A stretch of DNA of 64,000 bases from Gnetum montanum (GCA_015680685.1 MNCI01002803.1:1-64000), one strand, 5' to 3'. Positions 13,822 through 25,888 are shown, numbered from the stretch's first letter. A program made the numbers and translations. The notes: generated from the letters alone by a model not told the origin.

Positions 13822-16800
13822 ATTTTACATTCCAATGTAGAGAAGTCATAAATCAAGCATCCTTCATTCATTGCAAGAGTTATAACTTACCTTACCTTAC
13901 CCAATACGCCATGTTCCACTTTATTGTCATCGCTACTTTAAATCTCATGATGGTATAAAAATTAAATAAATAAAAAATAATAACAGTAATGTGGAATGGT
14001 TAAAATAGTATCACTTTTTACAAAGATAATAAGCAAATATAATTAAGTATGAATTTTTGTTACAAGTTTTCCTTGAATTCTATCAAGGCATTATGTTGAT
14101 TATATGCATAAATATGTGTTACAAATAAAAACTTCCAGAAATTTGTTTCAGGTCAAAATTGGTGGAGCAAAAATAGAATATTAAAATGAAAATTGGTAAA
14201 TTTTCAAATTAACAATAAAGGGGAAGTGAGTTGCATTTTCAACATGTAATTGTATTTAATAATAAGTTTCATGGTATTTAAATATAACAAAGTTAAGGTA
14301 AAGTAACTCTTGAAGCAATTATTTAACATCCAATTAAAAAAATTAAATGTAAACATTTAGTTTAAAATGATACATTAAAATTAAATGTAAACATTTAATA
14401 TAAAGTGACACATAAGATAAATCTCTAATGGAAATCGGGGCCATTAAATATAAATGATCTTTTTAAATATTAAAGTAGTGTTTTACTATAAAATTTTATA
14501 GGACAACCGTCATAGTTGTTATCTTATATGGTACTAAATGATGGGAAGTACAAAAGAGGCAAGAACAACAAATCAATGTGTCAAAAAAATGTGAACACTT
14601 ATATAGATGTTAAATGTTATTGGAAGAGATTTCACAATACAAACAATCAAGGATGACTTAGAGTGGCTTCTCCTTTAGAAAAGTTATAAGATTGACATTT
14701 TAAATGATTCAGGCAAAGAAGATAAGATGAGCCTAAGGTTACTACATTACTGCACCAAGAAAGCCACTAAAAGGAAGATAAAAAAAAATACAAGATAAAA
14801 ATCATTGAAGATGATACCTAGAAATTGTAAATAGACAAAGTTTTATGTCTTCATATAGGTGAATTGCGATGGTTTTGCTAGTTAATTAATCCTTGTAATT
14901 AATATTTAAATTTCATTTTTAAATTCTATAATTTTTATGCAAGATACGATACATCATCATATTGAACTTCTACATGCATAGAACTCAAACATTCCTCCCT
15001 CTAAGAATGTTGCTTTTCACTTCATCTTCACTATCACTTACCGTGTAATTTCAAGTCAATAATCTTAGTTTCCTTGAAAATACTTTACCATTCATACTCC
15101 AATAGGCTTTACCATTCATACCCCATAGGCTCATAACGTTGAGCCAATTTCAAACTAAGTTCACAAGCAACCTTTCTATTAAAAATCTCAACCTGCAGAA
15201 ACAAAAATGTTCCACACTTTCCTAGACTGGTAGCCACATGCAACAATCAGCATCGCCACATTTTTTTTAAGAAAAAAAAAAAAAATCTGTAGCATTGAGC
15301 CATTGACGTATAAACTAAGAATGCCGTGTTTACACCGTTTATGTCATTGCCAATGTAATCTGGCATTGTACTGAACATGGCATTTTACTAAACTTTTCTG
15401 TTTGAAAAGATTTAAAAGTGGCAGGCATTTTCAGCGGGCCCTGACGCATGGCTTTCACCATATCTGCCAAACTCTTCTCCGTATATTTTTTTATTATTAC
15501 TCTTTACCATTTAAAGAATTAAAGGTAACAGTTATTTTCGGTGGACCTTGACTTGAGACCTAAAAAGAATTTATTTTGCTAATAAAAAAGTATTTTAAGA
15601 TCATCATTTAAAGTCATCGTAATGTGCTAGTCACAAACGGTATTTCAGGGTCATCATCACGTTAACGTGTTTACTTCCTAAATCATTAAAAAAATAGATT
15701 AGATGTCATAAAGCTTAAACTTTACCTCATCCACATACGCTTACGCTCCTAGGATCTGATTACCTAGTGTGAGCCACCATGTTGGTCACAAACGGTATTT
15801 TATTTAACTTTGCCGAGTCTGATCCACTTTCAAGACTTTGACAAATTTAGTGGGCTTCATACAATTTGTTATGCATTGGTGGTGGTAGTCACCGATGGCA
15901 TTTTATTAACTTTTTACCGTCTAAAATATTGATGGAGGTCATTTTCAACGGACCCTCCATTTCAAAGAATTCAATTTCTGCGAACCAACCTCTTAAGTCT
16001 TTAACTTTAACGTATCGATTTTGCTGCACTGATTTTGTGAAAGAGTTTCATAGAAAACTAGCGATGGCAGCGACATTAGCGAATCACAGCAGGGCCTATG
16101 GAGTGGTAATGGTAATGACAATATTGCTTTCTGATCACGTTAACGAAAACTTTGACATCCACTACAGCATCATCCCGGTTTTTCCGTATTCTTGTCTCAA
16201 GCCATTGCTGGACGAAAACAAATGGGGGCCATTCTTAGACTGCTTTAGAAAAGTCTAAAAAAGACTTTGACAAAGCTACCTGCACCATATGATTTCTTTT
16301 CATGAAGCTTCCTACACTATACGATTTATTTTCCCAGTCGCCCATGGTGTTAAGTCATTTCCAGGAAATTTCTCCAACCAAGTTGTCCAAGTAGACCCTG
16401 TATTTCGAAGTCATGGAATTTATTCCCACCAAGTTTTTCAATTAAATATCAAGGTGTAAAGCATCACGGCATTTTGAGCAGACCCTTGTAGAATTTTCTT
16501 CAATCAAATTGTTCCATCATTTTCAGGATACAGTACATTTCAAAGTACGAATTTTCCCCTTCCAAACGTTCCCTGCATTTTTGGCAACGTCATAGAATTT
16601 TCTCCAAGTTTTCAAAGCCCATTTCAAAGTCTCATCATAGATGAACATGTAATTTTGCGTTCAAAAGAAAGTACTTATGAATTTCTTCAATTGCAATTAA
16701 TATGTCATTAAGAAATTACTTATTCCACGATAGAAGCAACTTCCTTGTATTGTATCTTGGGCTACATATACTTCTTCAGAATCAACCTAAGTTAAAGGTA

Positions 16801-16884
16801 GTTTAGCTTCTTGTCATCCAAACCTTTTAGCCTAATTTTCTCTGAGACATCACTTTCACATCAAAGTTAGATTGCTAAACCCGA

Positions 16885-17200
16885 ATTAAAAAATGATCCA
16901 CAAGTGACCATGAAAAATGATCTTTGAACATTGCCATATTTAACAACCTGAAATCTATGCAGACTCTTCATTTCCCCTCTTTCTTTAGCACAATAACAAG
17001 TGGGCTTATTCAATTGTTGTCTACCACGCGATAAATGAATCCAGCTTTGAGAAGGTTTTTAACTTCTTAACTGACTTCAGCTTTGGATTCAATCTTCTTT
17101 GTGGTTGTCTTTTGGGCTTGTAGATGCAATGTTGGCATATGCATGGCTCTATTCCTGTCAATTCATCATATAACCAGAGAAAGGTTATTCACCATTTGTT
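16885..17200 (-). pseudogene. Gypsy reverse-transcriptase N-terminal fragment
   Basis: Manual minus-strand translation gives KPKRQPQRRLNPKLK, LLKAGFIY, RVCIDFRLLN..KDHF, matching 1320-1545. Confidence 0.8.
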
Positions 17201-17434
17201 GACTACCTTTAGCAGGTTTTTTTTTAAAATTCTTTTGTAAGATGAGCATTGATTATTACTAGTTTACCATTATTTAAGAATACATATTCTAAAAATTTTG
17301 GTAATGTTTTTAGTTCTAAAGCCCCTGGTCAAAACATTTTTGGACTTCAACTCTTCTCAACCTACTTCTAAATCTTCTTTATTTTTTGCTTCATAGAGAT
17401 GGCTCTAGATTTGCCTCATCTCATCCATCTTGTC

Positions 17435-17524
17435 TGATGAATCATCTATTGGCTGGAATATCTGACAAAAAGTCATCCTTTTGGTCAACCCGATATCTTG
17501 GCTCCGATATCTTAGCCCCGATAT
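17435..17524 (+). repeat. LTR 5'-end fragment, same family as solo LTR 57138-58137
   Basis: tgatgaatcatc.attggctgg...ccgatatcttagc matches the reverse complement of 58050-58137. Confidence 0.75.
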
Positions 17525-17890
17525 GTTTGTGATCGTTGTCTTCCCACTTTGAGCTAGTGAAGTTTAAGTGTATGGTTTAGCTCTTAGTGAGGTGTGTGAT
17601 TAATTGATGTTGTTAGGCTCTTAGGTGCTCCTAAAGTAAACATGATTGAATAAATTCTTAGGTCTAGTTAACTAAGAAAACATAAATCTAATTTAGCTTA
17701 GTGTGATGGATATTTGGTCCTAGTCTACCATACATGCCTTGAACTCATGTAGTCATCATTCGGATTATCACGTGGTATTACTACTGAGCGAATCAAGTAG
17801 TGGAAGCAATGCCACTACTGGGTTACCATATAACTACACTTAGTGCTCGAAACCAACTGTATCCATTCTGCTTGCTAATGACATGTAAAA
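17525..17890 (-). repeat. Degraded Athila-like LTR fragment
   Basis: atcgttgtcttccc...gtatggtttag...tgaggtgtgtgatt and actactgggttacca resemble the minus-orientation LTRs at 52680-52950 and 57260-57530. Confidence 0.6.
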
Positions 17891-18936
17891 TAAAGTGCTT
17901 GGAATGTAAATGACTTGCTTTTGTCATTATTCTTGTTTTGTCAATTTAAAGTCTACATTACAAAGTGCCTTCCATATTATAAAAAATTCTCTTTTTAATC
18001 CAAACATAAAGGCATATTTGCAGGTGAATTACCTTCATCTTATTTTTATGTAGTAGATTTACTATCATTTTCTAAGGTTATGTTTATAAAATTTTTATCT
18101 AAAATTTAAGTTTCAGTTCTATGCTATTGAGCATTGGTTGCTCATTAGATGGTTATGTCATACGACATTGTACATAAAGGTGCTAAGTTTAAAACTCAAT
18201 ATTGATACGCTTTTAAAACTAATATGTTGCCAACATAGGAATATGTTACTTGATGTTACCTATTACTAAAAAATATTGTTAGTCTTTTATATTTTTTGTT
18301 GGTCTTGTAATCAATGCAATTTATGCCTTTCATTGTCACCACTATAATTATCCTATCAATTTAGAATGTTAGAATGTTAAACATTTCACTAGCTAAAAGA
18401 AAGTCATAGTCTTTGTCATCTTTATTGTTATCTTGTAACATAGGGCCAATTATTCAACATAGAAAAGTTAGAATTTGAAAATTCTTTGCGGTAATTGCCT
18501 TATACCCTACGCTCCATTCAACTTCATTTTTAATGCATATATCACATTAGATTGAATGTTCTCATTATCATTTTCCTTGTTATCTTATTCATATATAAAG
18601 TCGGTCATTCAACATACTAAAAGATAAGAAATAGAAAGCCCTTTACTTCAATTGCCGTGTCCCATGCAACATGTTCATATTCATCATTATTACCATGGTT
18701 GTACATTTCATCAACTTAGGAATAGTCAAGTCTTCCGACCTATCATCATTTCAAATGAATGGCACTTGTTTATAATAATTTTGGCACAGTTAATTACTTT
18801 TCCAAACCTTAACAAGAGTTTTTACCATACAGATAGACAAACAGGGCGCGAAAGATATCATATTCACCTGAAAATTCGATTGCTAAAGTCTAAATCGTGA
18901 CAAAAACGGTGCTAAATTTTTGTTGCAGTTATCTCT

Positions 18937-19049
18937 ACGTGCACGTCGTGGCAGTGGATGACTTTGACCAAGACTTTGTCCAATATGCCCTGCTCCATCG
19001 CCCACGGAATTTGTATGGACTTCAAAAATTGATGCCCTGCTCTATAAAA
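18937..19049 (+). promoter_or_regulatory. Proximal promoter of the LRR-RLP gene: ACGT palindrome, W-box, TATA box
   Basis: acgtgcacgt 18937-18946; TTGACC 18964-18969; TATAAAA 19043-19049, 57 bp before the likely start codon. Confidence 0.55.
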
Positions 19050-19105
19050 TGTTGTTCCGCATACTCCTCTTTAGCCACACCAGAGTTCCTCGATCGTGTA
19101 TAGCA

Positions 19106-22100
19106 ATGGCATTAGCAATGCAGATTAAACAAGGTGGAGTCATGGCAGTGGTGATAGTAGTGCTGCTTTATGCTGTTCCTGCTTCTGTATCATCTTCATC
19201 TTCATCTTTGGATGTTGATGTGAACGCCCTCCTGCAATTCAAAGCAGGAATTATGGACGACTCTGATGAAATCCTTTTTAATTGGAGTCACCACAACGCC
19301 CATGGAATCTGCGACAATTGGGCTGGAGTTGGCTGTTCGTCATTCTCTTCTCATTCCTCCCTTGAGCGCCGGGTGGTACGCTTGGACCTGTCCTTGTTCC
19401 CTCCTCTCTCAGGTGTGCTTTCCCCATTTTTATGCAACCTCACATTTCTGACCTATTTGGATCTCTCCAATCATGAATTCTCTGGACCTATCCCCAAAGA
19501 GATTGGTAGACTGAGCCGGTTGCAACACCTGGACCTTCATTTTACAGCAATACAAGGCCCCATTCCTCACTCTTTGAGAAATTGCTCTGGTCTCAAAGGC
19601 TTGGGACTACATTTAGAAGGGAAATGGCTTTCAGTTATAGCTCCTTGGCTGCTAAACTTCACATCTCTTCGGGAGCTCCAGTTAGATATAAGCAATTTGA
19701 AAGGGGATATGCCAGAAGAGTTGGGAAAATTAAGTGAGCTTCATATTCTCAGTCTTTACTGGCAGGATGCTGATGGCTTGTCAAATCCCATACCATCCTG
19801 GGTGGCAAATCTGTTCCATCTTTGGAGCCTAGAATTGAGGGTCGGAACAGATGAAGGGAGTGCAGTTGAAGATGTTAGCTACAGCAGCAGTACTAGTAGT
19901 ATCCCACGGGAATTGGGAAATCTTACCAATTTGAGGGAGCTGTATTTCTATGTTGATAGGCTAAGTGGAATTATTCCATGTGAGCTTGCAAATCTGAGCC
20001 GCTTGCAACAACTTGATCTGTCTTTCTTCATGGGAAGCATCCCAATACCTTCATGTCTCCAAAAATTACAACTTGAAAGCTTCTCATTTGGAGGAAAGCA
20101 CGTCACAAGTTCAATTCCAAAGGAGTTAGGAAATCTTAGATTTTTATTAGAGCTGAGTTTGAACTTGGGTTGGCTGAATGGAGGTATTCCATGGCAGCTT
20201 GGAAATCTGAGCAGGTTGCAGTATCTTGACTTGTCTTTTTCCAATGGTAACATTTCCATACCTTCGTCCCTGGGAATGCTGTCACAGCTGCAAGACTTGT
20301 CCCTCAGAGGTGAAAGCGGCTTCACAGGTTCAATTCCAAGTGAGTTAGGAAATCTTAGCCTTTTATTAGAGCTGAGTTTGAATATGGGTTGGCTGAATGG
20401 AGGTATTCCATGGCAGCTTGGAAATCTGAGCAGGTTGCGGTATCTTTACTTGTCTGTTTCCAATGGTAACAGTTCCATACCATTATCCCTGGGAATGCTG
20501 TCACAGCTTCAAGAATTGTCCCTCACAGGTGAAAGCGGCTTCACAGGTTCAATTCCACCCGAGTTAGGAAATCTTTCTAAACTCGGTTCGTTGGAATTGG
20601 AAGTAATGAAACTTAGTGGAGGCATCCCGTGGGAACTGGCAAACATTACCAACCTGTCAGACCTCAGTTTGACATTCGACATGCTGAGTGGAAATGTCTT
20701 ATGCCACCTGGCAAATTTGGCTCGTTTGGAATGCCTTCGCTTGTCATTGGACACACTGAGTGGCAGTATCCCATGCCAGCTAGCAAGTTTGAGCCGCTTG
20801 CAGTTTCTTCATTTGTCATTCCGCAACGGAAGCGGCGTAATACCTTCCTGCTTTACAAAATTCTCACAACTTGAATGGCTATGGCTGGAGGGATATTATT
20901 TTACTGGTTCCATTCCAAAGGAGTTAGGAAATCTGAGCAAACTCACTCACTTCATCCTTCACACAGAAAGGGTGGCGGGAAATATTCCATCTGAGTTTGG
21001 AAGGCTCAAGCAGCTGATGTTGTTCAGCTTATGGGCATACTCTATAACAGGCATATGTCAACTAAAACAGGTTGAAGACTTGAATTTATTTACTACTGGC
21101 ATTCCGTTTCCAATACCAGACTGCATTAGTATGATGTCTCGATTAAGTTCTTTGTATGTATCCAGCGGTGGAATTCCAAAGGCCTTGCCAAGAGGATTGT
21201 GCTCTTTGACAAACTTGGCATATTTGGAGGTGGAGTATTCAAACATCAGCGGCTGTATTCCAGAATGCATTGGTAACATGAAGCAGCTAATTTCTGTAAG
21301 CTTAAAAGGTAACCAGTTGAGTGGCCAAATTCCCAATAGTATTGGAAAGCTGGTAAATTTGGTCTCCCTAGATATTTCTCAAAACAAGCTCACTGGTAGC
21401 ATACCTCCGGCCCTAGCAAAGTGCAAGCAGCTATCAATATTGAAGATGGAGAATAACAGTTTCCATGGTATGCTTTCTGTCATATGTCCATCGTCCCTGT
21501 TGGTTCTATCGGTGCATCTGAATCATTTCTTTGGGCCTTTATCATTGATCAATTGCAAGAATCTCCTAGTATTAGATTTGAGGAGGAATATGCTAAATGG
21601 TTCTCTGCCAGATTATTTATCGAGAATGCATAACCTCAAAGTGCTAAATCTTGGCCATAACATGTTTGAAGGTACCATTCCTGAATGGGTAGTCAACTTC
21701 ACACAACTACAAGTGTTGGACCTGTCCAACAATCATTTTCATGGCAATGTTCCATCCCACCTCAACATGCTCAAGCAATTTCAACAATCAGAGGATAGAG
21801 AAACCGATAATGAGAATGTGTTGGAGGACGTGACAATAATGTTAACAGAGAAAGGGCTGGAGCTAGAGGATGTACCAGTGATAGTAGGTAACAATGTGAT
21901 AGATCTCTCAATCAACAATTTGACAGGTGAGATTCCAGAAAGTATAGGAACCCTCATTACCTTGAGATTGCTGAATTTATCTTATAACATGCTGACTGGG
22001 CACATACCTTCATCAATGGGGAAATTACAACTTCTAGAACAGCTGGATTTAAGATGGAACAATTTATCAGGGAAAATTCCAATGCAATTGCAATCATTAG

Positions 22101-22420
22101 ATTTTTTAAGTGTTCTAAATGTTTCTCATAACAGATTATGTGGTAGGATTCCCAAAAGCACGCAAATTTCGACATTTGATGAAAGTTCATTTGCAGAGAA
22201 TGAATGTTTGTGTGGATTTCCTACCAGCATTATATGCAAAGATGAAAATCAAACAAAGTCAACAGAGACAAAGTTCAATCATGATTGGTGGGATTGGGTT
22301 AATGAACATATCTCACTAGTAGCATTTGGATTAGGCTTTGGGTTATCATATGGTGGCACAATTGCTCTCTATTTTCAGTGGGATGCCTTTCCTCGGTTCT
22401 TTGGAACCTATCTTATTTAA
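19106..22420 (+). CDS. Leucine-rich repeat receptor-like protein (LRR-RLP), intronless, no kinase domain
   Basis: Uninterrupted ORF; hydrophobic signal peptide (VMAVVIVVLLYAVPASVSS); LRRNT cap (ALLQFK..C.NWAGVGC); ~37 plant-type LRRs; island before the last four; NECLCG cap; TM segment with GxxxG (AFGLGFGLSYGG); short tail. ATG 19106 (gcaATGG) preferred because ORF-track ATG 19049 overlaps the TATA box. Confidence 0.93.
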   Translation: MALAMQIKQGGVMAVVIVVLLYAVPASVSSSSSSLDVDVNALLQFKAGIMDDSDEILFNWSHHNAHGICDNWAGVGCSSFSSHSSLERRVVRLDLSLFPPLSGVLSPFLCNLTFLTYLDLSNHEFSGPIPKEIGRLSRLQHLDLHFTAIQGPIPHSLRNCSGLKGLGLHLEGKWLSVIAPWLLNFTSLRELQLDISNLKGDMPEELGKLSELHILSLYWQDADGLSNPIPSWVANLFHLWSLELRVGTDEGSAVEDVSYSSSTSSIPRELGNLTNLRELYFYVDRLSGIIPCELANLSRLQQLDLSFFMGSIPIPSCLQKLQLESFSFGGKHVTSSIPKELGNLRFLLELSLNLGWLNGGIPWQLGNLSRLQYLDLSFSNGNISIPSSLGMLSQLQDLSLRGESGFTGSIPSELGNLSLLLELSLNMGWLNGGIPWQLGNLSRLRYLYLSVSNGNSSIPLSLGMLSQLQELSLTGESGFTGSIPPELGNLSKLGSLELEVMKLSGGIPWELANITNLSDLSLTFDMLSGNVLCHLANLARLECLRLSLDTLSGSIPCQLASLSRLQFLHLSFRNGSGVIPSCFTKFSQLEWLWLEGYYFTGSIPKELGNLSKLTHFILHTERVAGNIPSEFGRLKQLMLFSLWAYSITGICQLKQVEDLNLFTTGIPFPIPDCISMMSRLSSLYVSSGGIPKALPRGLCSLTNLAYLEVEYSNISGCIPECIGNMKQLISVSLKGNQLSGQIPNSIGKLVNLVSLDISQNKLTGSIPPALAKCKQLSILKMENNSFHGMLSVICPSSLLVLSVHLNHFFGPLSLINCKNLLVLDLRRNMLNGSLPDYLSRMHNLKVLNLGHNMFEGTIPEWVVNFTQLQVLDLSNNHFHGNVPSHLNMLKQFQQSEDRETDNENVLEDVTIMLTEKGLELEDVPVIVGNNVIDLSINNLTGEIPESIGTLITLRLLNLSYNMLTGHIPSSMGKLQLLEQLDLRWNNLSGKIPMQLQSLDFLSVLNVSHNRLCGRIPKSTQISTFDESSFAENECLCGFPTSIICKDENQTKSTETKFNHDWWDWVNEHISLVAFGLGFGLSYGGTIALYFQWDAFPRFFGTYLI
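20111..20548 (+). repeat. In-frame 219-bp (73 aa, three LRRs) tandem duplication within the RLP
   Basis: tcaattcca recurs at 20111, 20330 and 20549; the two units are nearly identical in DNA. Confidence 0.95.
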
Positions 22421-25121
22421 ATACAATCCTGCATCTCTAAAGCTGTCAAATGTAGTAAGTTTGCATTATAGCTTTGTGTTTGTGAGGGTCTTTATCAATG
22501 TGTTTTATTGTATTAGTTTTTGTATGTGCCAATGATTTTAATGGTTCTACAGTACCAATACATGGTAAATCTTTAGTCTATATGGTAAATCTTTAGTCTA
22601 TGTCTGTGCTTGTCGGTGTCTCAAATCTCCTTGTAAAAATATATTTGATGTCGTGTTATCAAGAGCAACATACAAATATAGTCTGCTTTTATGAGGAAAA
22701 TTTGTTCAGAGGACCTGCTATTGTTCATTAATTAATTTAGCTTGATGTTGGAGCAGTGCTTTCAGGATTTATGATTCTGAATTTCTTTTTTTTATATCAT
22801 CTGTATGTAAAATACTTCCCCTTGGAAGTGATGAAGATATTCTTAGTGGAAATAATAATCAAATTTGTGAGGATTTGTTTCTTGTTGTTGCTCCATTAAT
22901 CTGGAAACTCTTCAGTCTGATGAAGAGTCATCCCATGCAATAGATTTAATCTAAAATCATTTGACGAGGGAGCACAATTGTTATGTAAAATTGTGCATGC
23001 ATTATATGTTTGGGATATAATATTTACAGAATGGACAAATAGTCCTGTCTCTGCATTGAGGTAGTAGAAGGTTAAAAGTACAGTTAAAGATTTGCATGCT
23101 GATGCAGAAGAGGAAATCACTGAAGGCATTAATGAAGTAGAAAGTCAATGATATATCAGCACTGCCTCAGGTGGGAAACAGAGTGATTGGAATATTATTT
23201 TTTGTACTTTACTGCATCCACAATTGCTTACAACTTGGTTTTGTGTTCAAAGTAGTTAGCTTGGTGTCCCAATGCTTTTTTGGTATCCAACAATAGCAAA
23301 AATGTAAGCTATGGATTTAAACAAGAAAGTTTTGTTTTCAAAATTTAGAATTCTATGTATTAAACTATATTTGAGAATGTGAAGTGATCTCAATAGGAGC
23401 AATTGAAGTAAGCACAACCAAAATAGTGACTCCCGATTTTGAAAGTTCCGCTTTCAGATACGCTAGAACAATCTGTCTGAGAAATTATGTCCTTTTTTTA
23501 AGGTAAGGTGTTTTACTCTATGACTTAGCTTAAGAAAATAATTCTTGATAGGTGTGTAGGGTAGACACTTTGACCTAAGTCTCCAAAAAATTAATCACCA
23601 AAGCAAATTTCTAAAGTAGATGAGGCTATAATGATTGTAAGTCATTTTATTAAAACTATTTTTGGATTTCATGAAGTGTGTTCTGTCCAATAGATCTTGT
23701 CTTCCAACGTAATAAAACATTCAGTTTTAATTCAGTTTCATAATGCATACAAGTTGTGCAGTTTCCTAATTACTTTGTTTTCTGACATTGATGAGAATGA
23801 TCTTTTATGCATTCAAATTTAAAGAAAGAAAATGTTGTTGGTTCTAGGTTTCATGCTGATCACAACACAACGTTGATTGTAATATAAATGGTTTCAAAAT
23901 GATCATAAAACTTAGAAATCTAGGAGAAATTGTAGGCTTGCTTTTGATACAAAGGTTCATATTTTGATGCAAGATTGTGATCAAAATACTAAATTTATAG
24001 GTTCAAATTATGTTAAAAAACAACAATATAGATGTGATAATAGTTTGTTTAGCTTATCACATGCACATACTCATTCTTATTATGCAAGTTGCAAGTTGTA
24101 AAAAACATAGCAAACTTTTAGCAACACCACTAAACATCATGGATAGTACATAGGAGAATTCCATGAACTAGGATTTAATAAAATCTTGCAAAGGTAGATA
24201 ATAGGTTGAAATATGATAACAATAAAACAATAACAAACTGTTAGGTATGGCTTGACTTTTGTGGCCTCTTTTTTGTATCCATGGTTTGTGTAACACATTG
24301 TATGTACATATATTTTTTATCTGTAATTTATGAAGCACTTTGTATGAGCATACTATTTTTCATCCATGGTTTAGTAAAACCAACAAAAACCCCGATGGTG
24401 TAATGGTTTTTTGTATTGTCTATGACACTTCTATATAAAAGGCTAAAGGCACTTATTTGTAATAAGCAAGCAAGCGATCAAGGAAGTCATAAAAGCTAGT
24501 AAGAAAAGTGTGAGTTGACTGTGGTTGTGACTTTGAAGAGATTTGTGGCTGAGGATTCAAGAAATGCTTGAGAAATGCAACAAAATTTAAGAATAGCAGT
24601 GCACTGCTCCAAAAGAGGGAGCGTAGCTAATTCACAAAGGTATACACAATGTACAATAGGCATAGTGGGAGTGCAGTCACAGCCTTGGTGGTGTCAAGCT
24701 ATGAAGTTTGGTGCTCGCAATGTTGAACTATGCCTATAGGGTTGGTAGCCATGGTGTACCATGTGATGTCCTACTGGGCTGTAATGGGGTTGCAGTGTAC
24801 CGTGCAGTGTAGGTGTGCCTCTTTGCCGGTGTGGTGTGCTTTGGGTCTCGTTCATCCATGGAGCTAAGTGCTAGGATGCTAAAGTGCCAAATGCCAAATG
24901 GAATTGCCAATTGCCTTATTGGTGAAAAAATGAAAGCCTTCCTTCTTCTCCTCTCTTCTTCCTCTTTTTCCCCCTTTTGAAACATTAGGGTGCAAGGGTA
25001 CTTATAGGGCTAGGGTTAGCCCAAGATGTGGAATAGGTGCCACATGGCCGTGCGGTGGGTGGGACTACGCTCATCCCATGTTATGTATGGGACACAAGAC
25101 ACTGGCTATGATGTTGGATAG

Positions 25122-25388
25122 GGTGCTATGTTGCAGTAGACATGGTGCTATGCTACATAACGTAACAAGGTGCTATGCTGTAGTAGACATGGTGTTACAC
25201 TACGTAGTGTAACAGGGTGCTACGCTGCAGTAGACATGGTGCTATGCTATGCAGCGTGACAAGGTGCTATGCTGTAGTAGACATGGTGCTACGCTACGTA
25301 GCGTGACAAGGTGCTACGCTACAATAGACATGGTGCTACACAACACAACGTGACAAGGTGCTACGTTGTAGTAGACATGGTGCTACGC
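25122..25388. repeat. 47-bp minisatellite, ~5.7 copies
   Basis: Unit ggtgctacgctgtagtagacat + ggtgctacgctacgtagcgtgacaa starting at 25122, 25169, 25216, 25263, 25310, 25357. Confidence 0.93.
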
Positions 25389-25582
25389 GAATCTGCAAAA
25401 AGTGTCAACATTGTAACATTTAGAAAAAATTTGCAAATCTGGTAGTTGGTGTTGGCTACACTTAACACTTGGAAAAATATGAGCAAAGTGCCACCGTTTT
25501 GACACTTAGCCAAATTTGTAGTCAAGATGCTGAGACTTGAAATTTTGTGGCATTTCAAGAATTAGATATTAATTATAAACTT

Positions 25583-25584
<2 letters not shown>

Positions 25585-25614
<30 letters not shown>

Positions 25615-25634
25615 TGTATGTATGTATGTATGTA
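25585..25634. repeat. (TATG)n microsatellite
   Basis: About 12 perfect units. Confidence 0.97.
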
Positions 25635-25888
25635 GTTAAAGTTATGATTTATGAAGAGTACATGTTTTGATCTTAATTAAATAAGAAGGTGTGGGTGGCC
25701 CACATTTAGTTCTCTCTTGATTATATAGTTATTTTAATCATGTTTAGATTAGTATAGTTTGCCTTTAGATTCCAAGGTGTTTCTATTTTATAATCTTTTC
25801 AATCCTCTATCTTTTGCATCTTCTTTTAAAATTTCTATGGTTTTGCTATTCCTTGCACTTGCATGCAATTTCTAGTTTGGGGGCTAAA

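Noticed and set aside
13822-15200. AT-rich stretch possibly from a DNA transposon or Helitron
   Set aside because: No termini or protein motif could be identified by eye.
15866-16258. 130-aa ORF upstream of the RLP
   Set aside because: Non-ATG start and no recognisable domain.
19049-19105. Longer N-terminus of the RLP given by the ORF track
   Set aside because: That ATG overlaps the TATA-like box and precedes the signal peptide; 19106 has better context.
19948-21336. Antisense ORFs within the RLP
   Set aside because: Shadow frames of repetitive LRR codons; no independent motifs.
22890-23510. Possible downstream exons (for example a kinase making the RLP an RLK)
   Set aside because: AG/GT-bounded pieces contain stops and show no kinase or other recognisable motif; the RLP already ends with TM, tail and stop.
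24239-24640. Possible copia-like LTR (tgttagg start, ctatataaaagg)
   Set aside because: No identifiable 3' end, partner LTR, PBS or TSD.
25122-25388. CRISPR-like array
   Set aside because: No unique spacers; whole unit repeats; eukaryotic context.
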